Part shown: positions 1-8,080 of the stretch, piece by piece
Numbering within the stretch: the first letter of the stretch is position 1
Layout of the letters: each line of letters opens with the position of its first letter
From: Promethearchaeota archaeon
GTDB lineage: Archaea > Asgardarchaeota > Thorarchaeia > Thorarchaeales > Thorarchaeaceae
Direction: 5' to 3'
NCBI GenBank assembly: GCA_014730275.1
Contig: WJIL01000134.1
Location: forward strand, 1 to 32,000
Length of the DNA stretch: 32,000 nucleotides
Notes under the pieces: generated by a model
What the model saw: only the letters and a program-made list of their open reading frames with translations
Databases searched by the model: none
What the model was told of the DNA's origin: nothing
Translations under genes and position numbers: made by a program

Positions 1-1499
1 GGACCTGATGAAGTCCCTTGTTTGGAGAGTGAGGACTTCTGCTTAGAAGAACCAGTCTTCCTTACAGCCTTCGGGGCTGGGCGCTTCTCCCGTGGGGGAG
101 TGGCCCACCGCCCTAGTCCTGTCTCATCCCTTAGATAAGGAGTGAGCTTGATCAAACGACGTGCGATGTTCAACGAGCCGTTCCTATCGGCATTGGTGCG
201 AAACCCACAGGTATGACAGACAAACAGCGATTGCTTGGGCCTGACACCCTTCTTCCCGCACTTCCAGCACATAATCGAGGTCCAGCTCTCAGGTACCACC
301 TGAAAGCGTGCGCCTTTGCCATCGACCGGCCACCCAAGCTGCTCAAGATTGTGCTTGAGGGTCTCAGTTATCCGTGCGAACGCCCAAGAGTGTATCATCC
401 CCCGGAACCTCCGCCCTTTGTAGTTACCGCGCCGAGCAGTGTACCTAATGTTTTTGAGCCGACCGATAGCCACGTACAGGGTGTATCGCTCAGACAGTTC
501 GGTGATGTAATCGAGCATCTGGCTGACCATGAACCGGTCATACTCCTTGGCTACGCGATAGCGCTTGCCTTTCAGTCCTCGGAGTCGCGCTGCTAGGTCA
601 TCGTGAGGGGTGGCATTGTTCTTCCTCGTATGCCTCTCGTACTGGAGCTGGGCAACCAGATCATCAAGCTCCTTGATACGCTCGACCTTGTCTTCCTGTA
701 CAAAGTACCTGGTCTTGCTGACCCTCCGTGGGGTCAATAGCGTCGTGCAGGCGGCTTTCTCAATACCAAGGTCGATACCGAGGACAGCCTCTGGGAGGTC
801 GTCATCAGGTGGTTCCGGTGTGTCAACTCTGACCGCAAAGGTCACCCACCATTTACCTTTTCTGTCCGTGAAAATCTGTAGTGCTTTGATTTCACCTCTT
901 GAAAATTGGTTGGTATGGAACGGCGAGACATTGAGCGGGATAAGTAGTCGGTCGTGAATCCTTCGTCCTTCCGGAACAGAGTCGAGGGAGTCCCGAAGGT
1001 CGAGCCACCACCGTGCAGTACTGGTCTCGTGCTGTCTGAGTGTGAACCGTTGCGAGAAGACCCATCGGGGGATACGCCGAGACGAAGATAGCCTCTTGCA
1101 GGGACGCGATGCCCTGCGGCCGTTCTTGTTGCGAAGCTCCAGATAACTCTCGTACATCTGGACAGCGGTCTGTCTGCATTCAATCAGCTCATTTGCTGAC
1201 ACTCTAGGAAATTGTTCTTTCATGTTATGGGGAACGGTCAGCCTCTGCTCGTACCCCTCTTTGACCTTAACGGCTGTCATGGTGAGCTTGTCCAGCTCAC
1301 CGGCATGGATCCTCGTGCTCTTCTTCCCTTTCAACAACTCGTCTTCGTGTTCCTCGATAACACCGAGGAAGGCATGGATGGCCCGTGTGTCACGACCAAC
1401 AATCTGCCTCAGTCGCTGTTTGGTGCGGCCTGTCATCTCCCCGTACTTGATTGGTACCTTGACACTGATTGTTGTCCCCTGAGACCGACCCATCGTCAT
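1..1499 (-). CDS. tnpB: TnpB-like RNA-guided endonuclease (IS200/IS605 family OrfB); C-terminal end lies beyond the window edge
   Basis: Not on the supplied ORF track because there is no in-window stop. My manual reverse-complement translation from the ATG at 1499 reads open to position 1, at least 499 codons: MTMGRSQGTTISVKVPIKYGEM... It contains a RuvC-I-like LGIDLGIEKAA, a zinc finger CWKCG..x..CHTCG and a RuvC-III-like NADRNGSLNIARR. I checked the frame at four separate places (positions 839, 599, 239 and the 1-180 tail). The plus-strand ORFs 213-596, 610-957 and 1212-1535 are antisense shadows of this gene. Confidence 0.85.
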   Translation of the reverse strand, partial: MTMGRSQGTTISVKVPIKYGEMTGRTKQRLRQIVGRDTRAIHAFLGVIEEHEDELLKGKKSTRIHAGELDKLTMTAVKVKEGYEQRLTVPHNMKEQFPRVSANELIECRQTAVQMYESYLELRNKNGRRASRPCKRLSSSRRIPRWVFSQRFTLRQHETSTARWWLDLRDSLDSVPEGRRIHDRLLIPLNVSPFHTNQFSRGEIKALQIFTDRKGKWWVTFAVRVDTPEPPDDDLPEAVLGIDLGIEKAACTTLLTPRRVSKTRYFVQEDKVERIKELDDLVAQLQYERHTRKNNATPHDDLAARLRGLKGKRYRVAKEYDRFMVSQMLDYITELSERYTLYVAIGRLKNIRYTARRGNYKGRRFRGMIHSWAFARITETLKHNLEQLGWPVDGKGARFQVVPESWTSIMCWKCGKKGVRPKQSLFVCHTCGFRTNADRNGSLNIARRLIKLTPYLRDETGLGRWATPPREKRPAPKAVRKTGSSKQKSSLSKQGTSSG

Positions 1500-1503
1500 C
1501 GCC

Positions 1504-1616
1504 TTATGATATTTAAGTTTCTAACCTGTTTGTAGGTAATTGAGTTCACTCCCCTGTTTGTTCTATGAGAGGTTATTGAACTCATACTTCTATGTATCAT
1601 TATGATATTTAAGTTT
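1504..1616. repeat. Exact 17-bp direct repeat TTATGATATTTAAGTTT at 1504-1520 and 1600-1616
   Basis: Read directly from the sequence. On the minus strand it reads AAACTTAAATATCATAA, which is TATA-box-like, immediately upstream of the tnpB start. An exact 17-mer pair is not expected by chance in 32 kb. Confidence 0.8.
1522..1560. repeat. Left copy of an imperfect direct repeat (core TAACCTGTTTGTAGGTAATTG) shared with 8081-8125
   Basis: By-eye alignment gives 18 of 21 columns identical in the core, plus a second short block (CACTCCC / CAACTCCC) at a different spacing. Statistically weak: a few such pairs are expected by chance in 32 kb. Confidence 0.3.
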
Positions 1617-2000
1617 ATTAAGCACATTCAAAATAAAGCATTATGAAGGCTCTCTATCCAAAAAGAAGAGATATGAAGCCTTATTATAAATTCAATTAAG
1701 GCTAGAAATACATATAAAGGATGAGTGTTTCCGTTGGTGTAAATAACCAAAAAAGATGAACAGAGGGCATATCAGTGCTGTTTTCGGTAGAGTTTGTAGA
1801 TACCGTGGTATTCCTTTGGTGGGAAAAGTACCTTGCCACCCGCTCATCATGCTGAAAAAATCTGGGCTTGCCCCTTGTTGAGACGACGAGGAGAGAACCC
1901 TTGAGGCCCACTATCGATTTCTGGACCGTGCTTTCGCGTGATATAACTGCTAGGAGTACTGTCACGTCAGGAAATTGTGTATTTCCGCCCGCTACCTTCT

Positions 2001-2059
2001 GTACAGGTGTACATAGCAAGTCTTCCTGCAACCATACCTACCGTACGGGTGTACATAGT
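2001..2059 (+). promoter_or_regulatory. Two 17-bp direct repeats (GTACAGGTGTACATAGC / GTACGGGTGTACATAGT) spaced 42 bp apart; candidate operator or promoter element of the 2080-7700 operon
   Basis: The repeats lie at 2001-2017 and 2043-2059 and match at 16 of 17 positions. Each contains the palindrome TGTACA. The second copy ends 21 nt before the ATG at 2080. Confidence 0.4.
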
Positions 2060-2079
2060 GCTGTTATGAGGGGTGGCAG

Positions 2080-2754
2080 ATGATCAGAAAGCGGACCGTC
2101 TTTCCATCAGCAGCCGAAGTGAACTCCGGAGAGGTTACTGACCCCAATGAGATCTATGTCAAATCCGTACTTTCCAAAGGCAAGGAAGATAGGACGGGGA
2201 TACTCATCGAGTCTGTATGGGGCGTGGAATACGAAACGAAAACCGTCCGTTTCGTCCGCGGGAACCTGATCACCCGGTTTACAAAACTCCCAATCACCTC
2301 ATCCGATGTTCCAGACAGGCACCTCCGATCAGCAAGCAAAGTAGCCCGAGCGATATTCGACTTGGAGCGGTTCAATGGGCTGGTACTCACTGAAGACCCT
2401 GATTTGAGCACAGTGTATAGGGCGGAACGGGACTCACACTCAGAGGTCTTTACAAGCAAACAGGACGCACGTATCTGGTGCTCACTCATCGACGCCGATG
2501 ACACGCGGATTGTCCCCGTCCAGCCGAGTGAAGCACCATTGGCAAAGGCTCGAAAGAATAGCGAAGATGTCCAGAATATAGTCCTCCGGCTCCTCTACCA
2601 GGCCCTCGCCGGGTTGGAAGCCCTAGACACGCTGCATTCGATGCGGCGACGCGGTACTGGGTCAGCCGAGCTGGAGGCGATATGGGAGAGGGTTTTCAAC
2701 AAAAGACAGTTCCCTGACAAGCTTGCCGAGGTATTGCATCAGGGACAGCAATGA
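2080..2754 (+). CDS. Hypothetical 224-aa protein, upstream partner of the giant ORF; no recognisable motif
   Basis: ORF on the supplied track. Its stop overlaps the start of the next ORF as ATGA (2751-2754), implying translational coupling. Its GC-rich composition matches the giant ORF. Confidence 0.7.
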   Translation: MIRKRTVFPSAAEVNSGEVTDPNEIYVKSVLSKGKEDRTGILIESVWGVEYETKTVRFVRGNLITRFTKLPITSSDVPDRHLRSASKVARAIFDLERFNGLVLTEDPDLSTVYRAERDSHSEVFTSKQDARIWCSLIDADDTRIVPVQPSEAPLAKARKNSEDVQNIVLRLLYQALAGLEALDTLHSMRRRGTGSAELEAIWERVFNKRQFPDKLAEVLHQGQQ

Positions 2755-5700
2755 GAAACAAGGCGGTAGCGGCTGAAATGAATGGCGGATACCCAAAAAA
2801 TCCCAGCAAGGTGTTTAGTAAGGCTATCTACACCGGCCTGTCCACCCTCGTCCAGCTTGCCCGCAAGCGAACCACCAAGCAGCCGAAAGTCCAGCGACTG
2901 GTGGCAGGCATCGAGGTGATGTGGCAGGAAGCCCGAGACGAACTGGAAGCGCTGAAAGATATACGTCCCCACGACTTTTCGCCAGTCCAGTCACGGGAGC
3001 CCAACATGCGGAAGAGCTTCCTTGGTGTGCTCTGGTGGACGACTTGGCCGTACGGGAACAAGGAGTTCAAGCGGGTGTACAGCTGGCAGGAGGGCACCAT
3101 CGGTCCGCTCAACGAGCTCCTGAACTTCGCCGGGGCAGAGCTCCGTCTCTTGGCTATCACCCGCTATCCCTTCCCTGAGCCCAACTATTACCAGATTTGG
3201 AAAACTCCAGATGAGCGGCGCATCGTTGTGGACACAAAGGTCGCCAAGAAGGTCCGGGTGGAGAACTACGAATCAGGATACGTGAAGGCGGGATACCCGG
3301 CAACGTCCAGTTCTCCCCGGGTTCTGCTCCGGCACCCGAGCCTGCCGAGCCTCGACTTTGTTGACATGATCCGTGCACACGTGGTCGAGCTCATCCGACA
3401 GTGCTTCATCCACAACGTCCCGAAGAAAGACGCCCAGCGGTATATCCGGCTCCTCATCTACAGGCTCAGGCCGTTCTTGGATTGGGTCTACACGGACGGG
3501 GATTATGGCCGCAAGCATTTCCATCCCGGGGCGACTCAGGAACTTATGAAGATCGTCAGGGAAATCCGCGCTATCTATTCCCGGACCACGGGGAAGATCA
3601 CTCGCCTGACCCACCAGCTCGACAAGGAGGACGGGGTTGAAAGTGCTGAGAAGTGTAGGGCTCCAACCGTGGCCGAGATAGTACGGCAGCTCAAGGCTGC
3701 TTTTGAACGCGACCCTTCTGACCAAACCAAACACATCATCTGTAGTATCTTGAAACGCATCAAGCTGAGTGACCTGAAGCACGACGAGCTGAGGGCATTC
3801 GTTGACCAGATAGTACAACAGAAAGAAGAAGGAAAACGGGACAACAAGGAAACGAAGGACAGGGAGAACGCCCTGACAGACCGCGACGCAGAGCATTTCG
3901 TGGAGAAAATCGAGACGCTGTCGAGCCGGCAGGGCAACTACTGGCACAAATTCTTGTTCAGTGACATGTATCACCCATACTCACTCAAGGCGGCTGTCTT
4001 CTATGGTGACAAGGGCTTGGATACACCTGATGACACGCTGATAGCAGCAGAGGTCCCCGTAAGCGGCACAAAAGGAACGGGCAAGGCAGATATCGTGGTG
4101 TTTGTCCGGCGGGATGTAGGTGACCGTGCGGTATGGACCCCTGTGATGCTCCTTGATATCAAGACGAAGACAGGGATAGACTGGGAACTTCTAGGTGTGC
4201 GACCTAGGTCGAAAAAGGACGCGAGAGTTCCGCATTTCTATCTCAGCAAGCGCTCCCTGAGCCAAGAGGAATGGGAGCATATCGTAGCCACCGCCCCTTC
4301 GAAAAGGAGTCGTGGACAGCTTGATGCATATGGGACGAACCTCCTGCAGGAGTACAAGAGTATCATTGCAGACCCCGAAACCCCAGAGAAGCTGTATCGG
4401 GGTGTGGTTCTCGTCGATGCAAATGAGGACAGGTTCACCGTTTTTGACGCATTGCCTGGGTTGATTCGGCAAGTCCTTGACAGAATCAGTTCTGCTTCCG
4501 GTTCATCCAACACTCCTATCGCATATACGATCACAACATCCGAAGATCCAGAACAAGGGACGAGCCCACATATTGCACTCGTCCTGGAGGACACAACAGG
4601 GCCCTACTCTCTCATGGAAAAGACCATGCCGCTTATGGAACTCGAAGGAGCTGACCCCTTCGCATCACGAGAGAAAGACGATACCCTGTTCACCCTCTAC
4701 CTATCCGTAGCGTCATCTATCTCGGCGGGACCATCAGCAGCATGGGTTTCAAGGAACTGGCACTTGCTGAATCATCTCCGTGAGCAGTTCGAGCACACTG
4801 GGAACACTCCTGACATTGTGTGGGTGGACCTGCTCGGTGATCTCCCAACGCAGGAACTTGCGATAACACGGCTGAGGCTTGACATGCAGCGGTTATCTCC
4901 AGCATGGAAGGAGCATATCCAGAGGCTCAGAGGATTCCTGAAAAACATCCGTATAGTCAATCTAAAGGACAAAATGATTGACGCCGTCTTCGGTACAGCC
5001 CAAGATACCATCCATAACTTGGAAGTAACACTACGGGAAGAGCTGTCCACAAAGGAAACAAAAATTGTGGTCATCGATGGCTGGGCAGACCTCCGGGATA
5101 TGAGCCCTCAGCGGTGTGCCAATACGCTGAAGGCCCTTGAGCATGCACTGGTCGAATGTTTGAAAGGGGCAGCTGACGAGGTGGTCTGGCTTGATAGACC
5201 AGTTCCGTTGCCAAAGACATCAGCGACGTATCAGAAACGGAAGATGAATCCCCTACCTCACAACTCCCCGCGGCACCGCCTGCTGGACGAGATCATCTGG
5301 AACCTGCCGACCCCGCCCAAAGTGCTGGGCTGGAAAACTCCACTGCGGGAAGATGTCCGAGTGATAGTCCAGGACACACCGACCAGTGCCCCTCCCTGGA
5401 AGGCCAGTATCTTCGTACCACACCTCACAGCCTGGGCAGAACGTTTCCGGGGATACTCGCGAAAGGACAGGACGGTGAGCTTTGAGGAGGTACGAGAAGC
5501 CCAGCTCCGACCCATGTACGGCCGAGGTGTGATGCTCAGCTCGGTGTCCTGCAATGTCTCGTCACTCCCGCCGTACACCACTGAGGATGTCTGTGCCGAC
5601 GCTACCTTGCTGGCACCGAGCCTTACTCGACGGGATGAGGACATGGATGAAGTGGAGTATCCAGAGACAGACTGGTTTCAAGTCCGGAGAATGGAAGCAA

Positions 5701-7700
5701 AGGACCCAGAAGGATACGACAGTGACGGACGCGAACTGCTCAGGCACGTGACGTTCAGAGTCCTTGGCAACGCAGAGCCAGTGGACAAAGATGAAAGGAA
5801 GGAAGGCGACCCAGGGCCTCTCTACACCTCACCTGATACCATCACCAGAGGCTGGAGACGATGGAAGCCCAGTGTTGAAGAACAACAGGAGAAGGAGTGG
5901 GACGACAGCACACGGGGAGTATTGAGGCCTCCTCCGGTCGCTCCTACCCGGCCGGAGTACATCGATACGTTCGAGACGCGGAGACGGGAGGTCATTCGCC
6001 TACGCAATACTGCACGATTTCTTAGACGAATCACCCCTAGACATGAGGCCAGAGAATGGAAGAAGCTACTGGAGGAGCTTGCAGAGATTGCAGAAAGGGC
6101 TTTCACGCCAAGGGGAAGGATGTGGCCTCCAATCAAAATACTACGAAAAATCAAGCAAAAGTTACAAACGAACTTCAAATCGAGTTCCATGTGGAAGATC
6201 CTGCGAGGAGTACGGGAAGATGTCCTTATCGATTCATACGTGCATATCAGTAATACCCTTGCTGAAGTCAAGAAACATAACCCGGACGTCCTATCCCTCT
6301 ATGGCAACCATTTCGTCTTGCTATTGCTTGCACTTGAAAGGAAGTGGTTGAGGCAGAACCAAGGACCTGTGCTCACCATCCTTTGGCGGGTGTTATGGCG
6401 CTGGCAACTTGTGCAGATGGGGTTTGCCACGAAGAAGCAGGAGCTTATCGACACGAAATACGATGTCCATGCCATCTGGTCGAACCTAGTCTGGAGGGCA
6501 AAGGTCCTTGCAGAAACAGTCCGCTTCACCCGGCCAACGGATATGGTTAGGCGTGCGGTAATGGTCTCAGATGAGCAGGAGAGCGATTTCTGGATGTTCA
6601 TCGAGGACGCACCGGGGAGCGACAGGTTTGAGGTAGCATATGTCCCCCTAGCGCGTGGCGAGAACTTCTGGGGCTGGCACCCAGCTGAAACAGACCTGAA
6701 AGTGTTGGCAGATAAGGCAGAACGGACAGGAACAACGAACGAGACATACCACGTTATCACGAGAGCAGGGGGAAAAGACGTCCTGTGGAACTGGTACGTT
6801 AATCCCGCGAGTGGCGAATACTGGGATCCCAGTTGCATTATCGAGTATGGGCCGTCCCCGCCCGATAGGCCTTTTCCGATACGGTGGGTGAAGAAATCCA
6901 GAGTGCCAAACGAGCTCCGCCCCCTCACTCCCCTGCCGTTTGACCAGGAAAGCCAGAGGGTCGAATACGAACGAATCAGGGGACACCTCAAAGAAATCGG
7001 GGTCTGTGGTGAACGGGTGAGGGAGGTGGAATGCCGGGTATCACTGGATACGCGCGAAAGAGCATATGAGATACAGTTCATCGATTCGAACAGCGGAGAG
7101 ACGGTGACAGTCTACAAGGCCAAGCGGACAGCCGAAGCACTCCAGGTGCTGAGGGGCCCGCTGTCAGGGCAACCGCCCTTCGAGACCGAAGAAGGTGAGG
7201 TTTTGATATGGGACGCGCGCCAGGACGTGGAGTATACAGATGTCGAGACAGAGGGCCGGGTGTTCAGTCTCAGTATGCTCAGGCCCGTTGTACACAGGAA
7301 CAAAGTGGTGACCGGGACCATTGTCATCCCGAGGACGGCAGACGAGCTCCTGGAGAGCTCTGCAGGGGAAGAGGTGAAACTCGTTTTTACTCCTGAACGG
7401 GCGTTGGACCATTATCCGGAATATAGCACTCGCTGGAGAGTATGGTTTCTTGAAGACAAATATGGAGAAACACTGCTGGGACTGGACGATACGCGGCTGA
7501 GCATCTACGATGTCGGCCACCTGATTGAGAGCAGGCAGCTCTATGATAGTGACACCAAGCAGTTGCATCCCATGTATGTCATCTTGAACAGGGTCAAGGA
7601 CTTCGCTACTCAGGCTGATCTTGCGGATTTTCCATTGTTTGCAGATAAGATCAAAGAGAGCAAGAAGAGGAAAGAAATGAAGCAGACCCACAGCAGATGA
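2751..7700 (+). CDS. Giant 1649-aa hypothetical protein with an internal RecB/Cas4-like PD-(D/E)xK nuclease core (about aa 430-530); the remainder is unassignable
   Basis: Uninterrupted 4950-nt ORF. The motif series is E434 (AAEVPV), G-K-A-D447-IVVF, LL-D469-I-K471-TKTG and Q523-LDA-Y527, which corresponds to the RecB-family motifs E, GxhD, (D/E)xK and QxxxY. I found no Walker A/B, methyltransferase or helicase motifs by eye. Confidence 0.85.
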   Translation: MRNKAVAAEMNGGYPKNPSKVFSKAIYTGLSTLVQLARKRTTKQPKVQRLVAGIEVMWQEARDELEALKDIRPHDFSPVQSREPNMRKSFLGVLWWTTWPYGNKEFKRVYSWQEGTIGPLNELLNFAGAELRLLAITRYPFPEPNYYQIWKTPDERRIVVDTKVAKKVRVENYESGYVKAGYPATSSSPRVLLRHPSLPSLDFVDMIRAHVVELIRQCFIHNVPKKDAQRYIRLLIYRLRPFLDWVYTDGDYGRKHFHPGATQELMKIVREIRAIYSRTTGKITRLTHQLDKEDGVESAEKCRAPTVAEIVRQLKAAFERDPSDQTKHIICSILKRIKLSDLKHDELRAFVDQIVQQKEEGKRDNKETKDRENALTDRDAEHFVEKIETLSSRQGNYWHKFLFSDMYHPYSLKAAVFYGDKGLDTPDDTLIAAEVPVSGTKGTGKADIVVFVRRDVGDRAVWTPVMLLDIKTKTGIDWELLGVRPRSKKDARVPHFYLSKRSLSQEEWEHIVATAPSKRSRGQLDAYGTNLLQEYKSIIADPETPEKLYRGVVLVDANEDRFTVFDALPGLIRQVLDRISSASGSSNTPIAYTITTSEDPEQGTSPHIALVLEDTTGPYSLMEKTMPLMELEGADPFASREKDDTLFTLYLSVASSISAGPSAAWVSRNWHLLNHLREQFEHTGNTPDIVWVDLLGDLPTQELAITRLRLDMQRLSPAWKEHIQRLRGFLKNIRIVNLKDKMIDAVFGTAQDTIHNLEVTLREELSTKETKIVVIDGWADLRDMSPQRCANTLKALEHALVECLKGAADEVVWLDRPVPLPKTSATYQKRKMNPLPHNSPRHRLLDEIIWNLPTPPKVLGWKTPLREDVRVIVQDTPTSAPPWKASIFVPHLTAWAERFRGYSRKDRTVSFEEVREAQLRPMYGRGVMLSSVSCNVSSLPPYTTEDVCADATLLAPSLTRRDEDMDEVEYPETDWFQVRRMEAKDPEGYDSDGRELLRHVTFRVLGNAEPVDKDERKEGDPGPLYTSPDTITRGWRRWKPSVEEQQEKEWDDSTRGVLRPPPVAPTRPEYIDTFETRRREVIRLRNTARFLRRITPRHEAREWKKLLEELAEIAERAFTPRGRMWPPIKILRKIKQKLQTNFKSSSMWKILRGVREDVLIDSYVHISNTLAEVKKHNPDVLSLYGNHFVLLLLALERKWLRQNQGPVLTILWRVLWRWQLVQMGFATKKQELIDTKYDVHAIWSNLVWRAKVLAETVRFTRPTDMVRRAVMVSDEQESDFWMFIEDAPGSDRFEVAYVPLARGENFWGWHPAETDLKVLADKAERTGTTNETYHVITRAGGKDVLWNWYVNPASGEYWDPSCIIEYGPSPPDRPFPIRWVKKSRVPNELRPLTPLPFDQESQRVEYERIRGHLKEIGVCGERVREVECRVSLDTRERAYEIQFIDSNSGETVTVYKAKRTAEALQVLRGPLSGQPPFETEEGEVLIWDARQDVEYTDVETEGRVFSLSMLRPVVHRNKVVTGTIVIPRTADELLESSAGEEVKLVFTPERALDHYPEYSTRWRVWFLEDKYGETLLGLDDTRLSIYDVGHLIESRQLYDSDTKQLHPMYVILNRVKDFATQADLADFPLFADKIKESKKRKEMKQTHSR

Positions 7701-7843
7701 CCGCGTGGTGGCTGCAAAAGCCGTAGATTTGTGAAGCTCATTACACAACCTACAATCCCAACGTACGTATCCGGACTCCTGCCATGCGTGAAGGATATCG
7801 ATTTGATGCATGCAGGATGGTCTATCTCCCACACGAGGTAACA

Positions 7844-7906
7844 GGAAATCTTACAGAAATCTTACACTTCTATACGCCCATTTATTTAGGATTCTGTAAG
7901 ATTTCC
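7844..7906. repeat. 13-bp perfect inverted repeat GGAAATCTTACAG / CTGTAAGATTTCC; the left arm is tandemly duplicated (GAAATCTTACA x2)
   Basis: Left arm 7844-7856, tandem second copy 7856-7866, right arm 7894-7906. It lies about 145 nt downstream of the giant ORF stop. Confidence 0.7.
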
Positions 7907-8080
7907 ATCTCTCGGGAATTGTGGGCATCCAATTACGCTCCTCCAAGACAACGAATCAGAGTCGTTCATTATTTAAAAGAATTCTCCTTTTCTCAGAGTT
8001 GTATACAGTTTTCTAGTAAATCGCAACAATCCCCTTGATGGGTTTGATAAGCTATCACGTTAGGTCTACTTTATTCTCGA

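Larger units (their letters stand above)
1..1620 (-). mobile_element. Probable IS200/IS605-family (tnpB-only, IS1341-like) element; the end upstream of tnpB lies roughly at 1500-1620, and the tnpB-distal end and omega-RNA region lie outside the window
   Basis: The TnpB CDS is followed by an AT-rich flank that carries an exact 17-bp direct repeat and an 8-bp hairpin (1541-1548 / 1577-1584). Element boundaries cannot be defined from this window. Confidence 0.45.

Noticed and set aside
213-1535. Plus-strand ORFs 213-596, 610-957, 1212-1535 and minus-strand ORFs 842-1183 and 892-1179
   Set aside because: They lie within the TnpB coding region, apart from about 35 nt at 1500-1535, in antisense or alternative frames. 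Their sequences are low-complexity and lack motifs. The third minus frame carries the full TnpB motif set.
1868-2083. 71-aa ORF (TTG start) whose TGA overlaps the ATG at 2080, which would make a three-gene coupled operon
   Set aside because: It has a non-ATG start with no upstream ribosome-binding signal. The peptide is Cys/Thr/Arg-rich with no motif, and its repeated TGVHS is simply the translation of the 17-bp DNA direct repeats. Those repeats are more plausibly regulatory DNA. It cannot be fully excluded.
4065-4091. Walker-A-like string GTKGTGKA in the giant protein
   Set aside because: The eighth position is Ala rather than Ser/Thr, and the string continues into GKAD-IVV, which is the GxhD nuclease motif. 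No Walker B or other ATPase motifs follow.
7083-7091. GATTCGAAC, the reverse complement of a tRNA T-loop consensus
   Set aside because: It is an isolated 9-mer inside the giant ORF, and no cloverleaf can be built around it.
2739-7834. Many antisense or alternative-frame ORFs inside the giant gene (for example 3273-3974, 6299-7081 and 7164-7832 on the minus strand)
   Set aside because: They are typical shadow ORFs of a long GC-rich coding region. They have no motifs and skewed Arg/Ser/Pro-rich composition, and all are nested in the 4950-nt frame.
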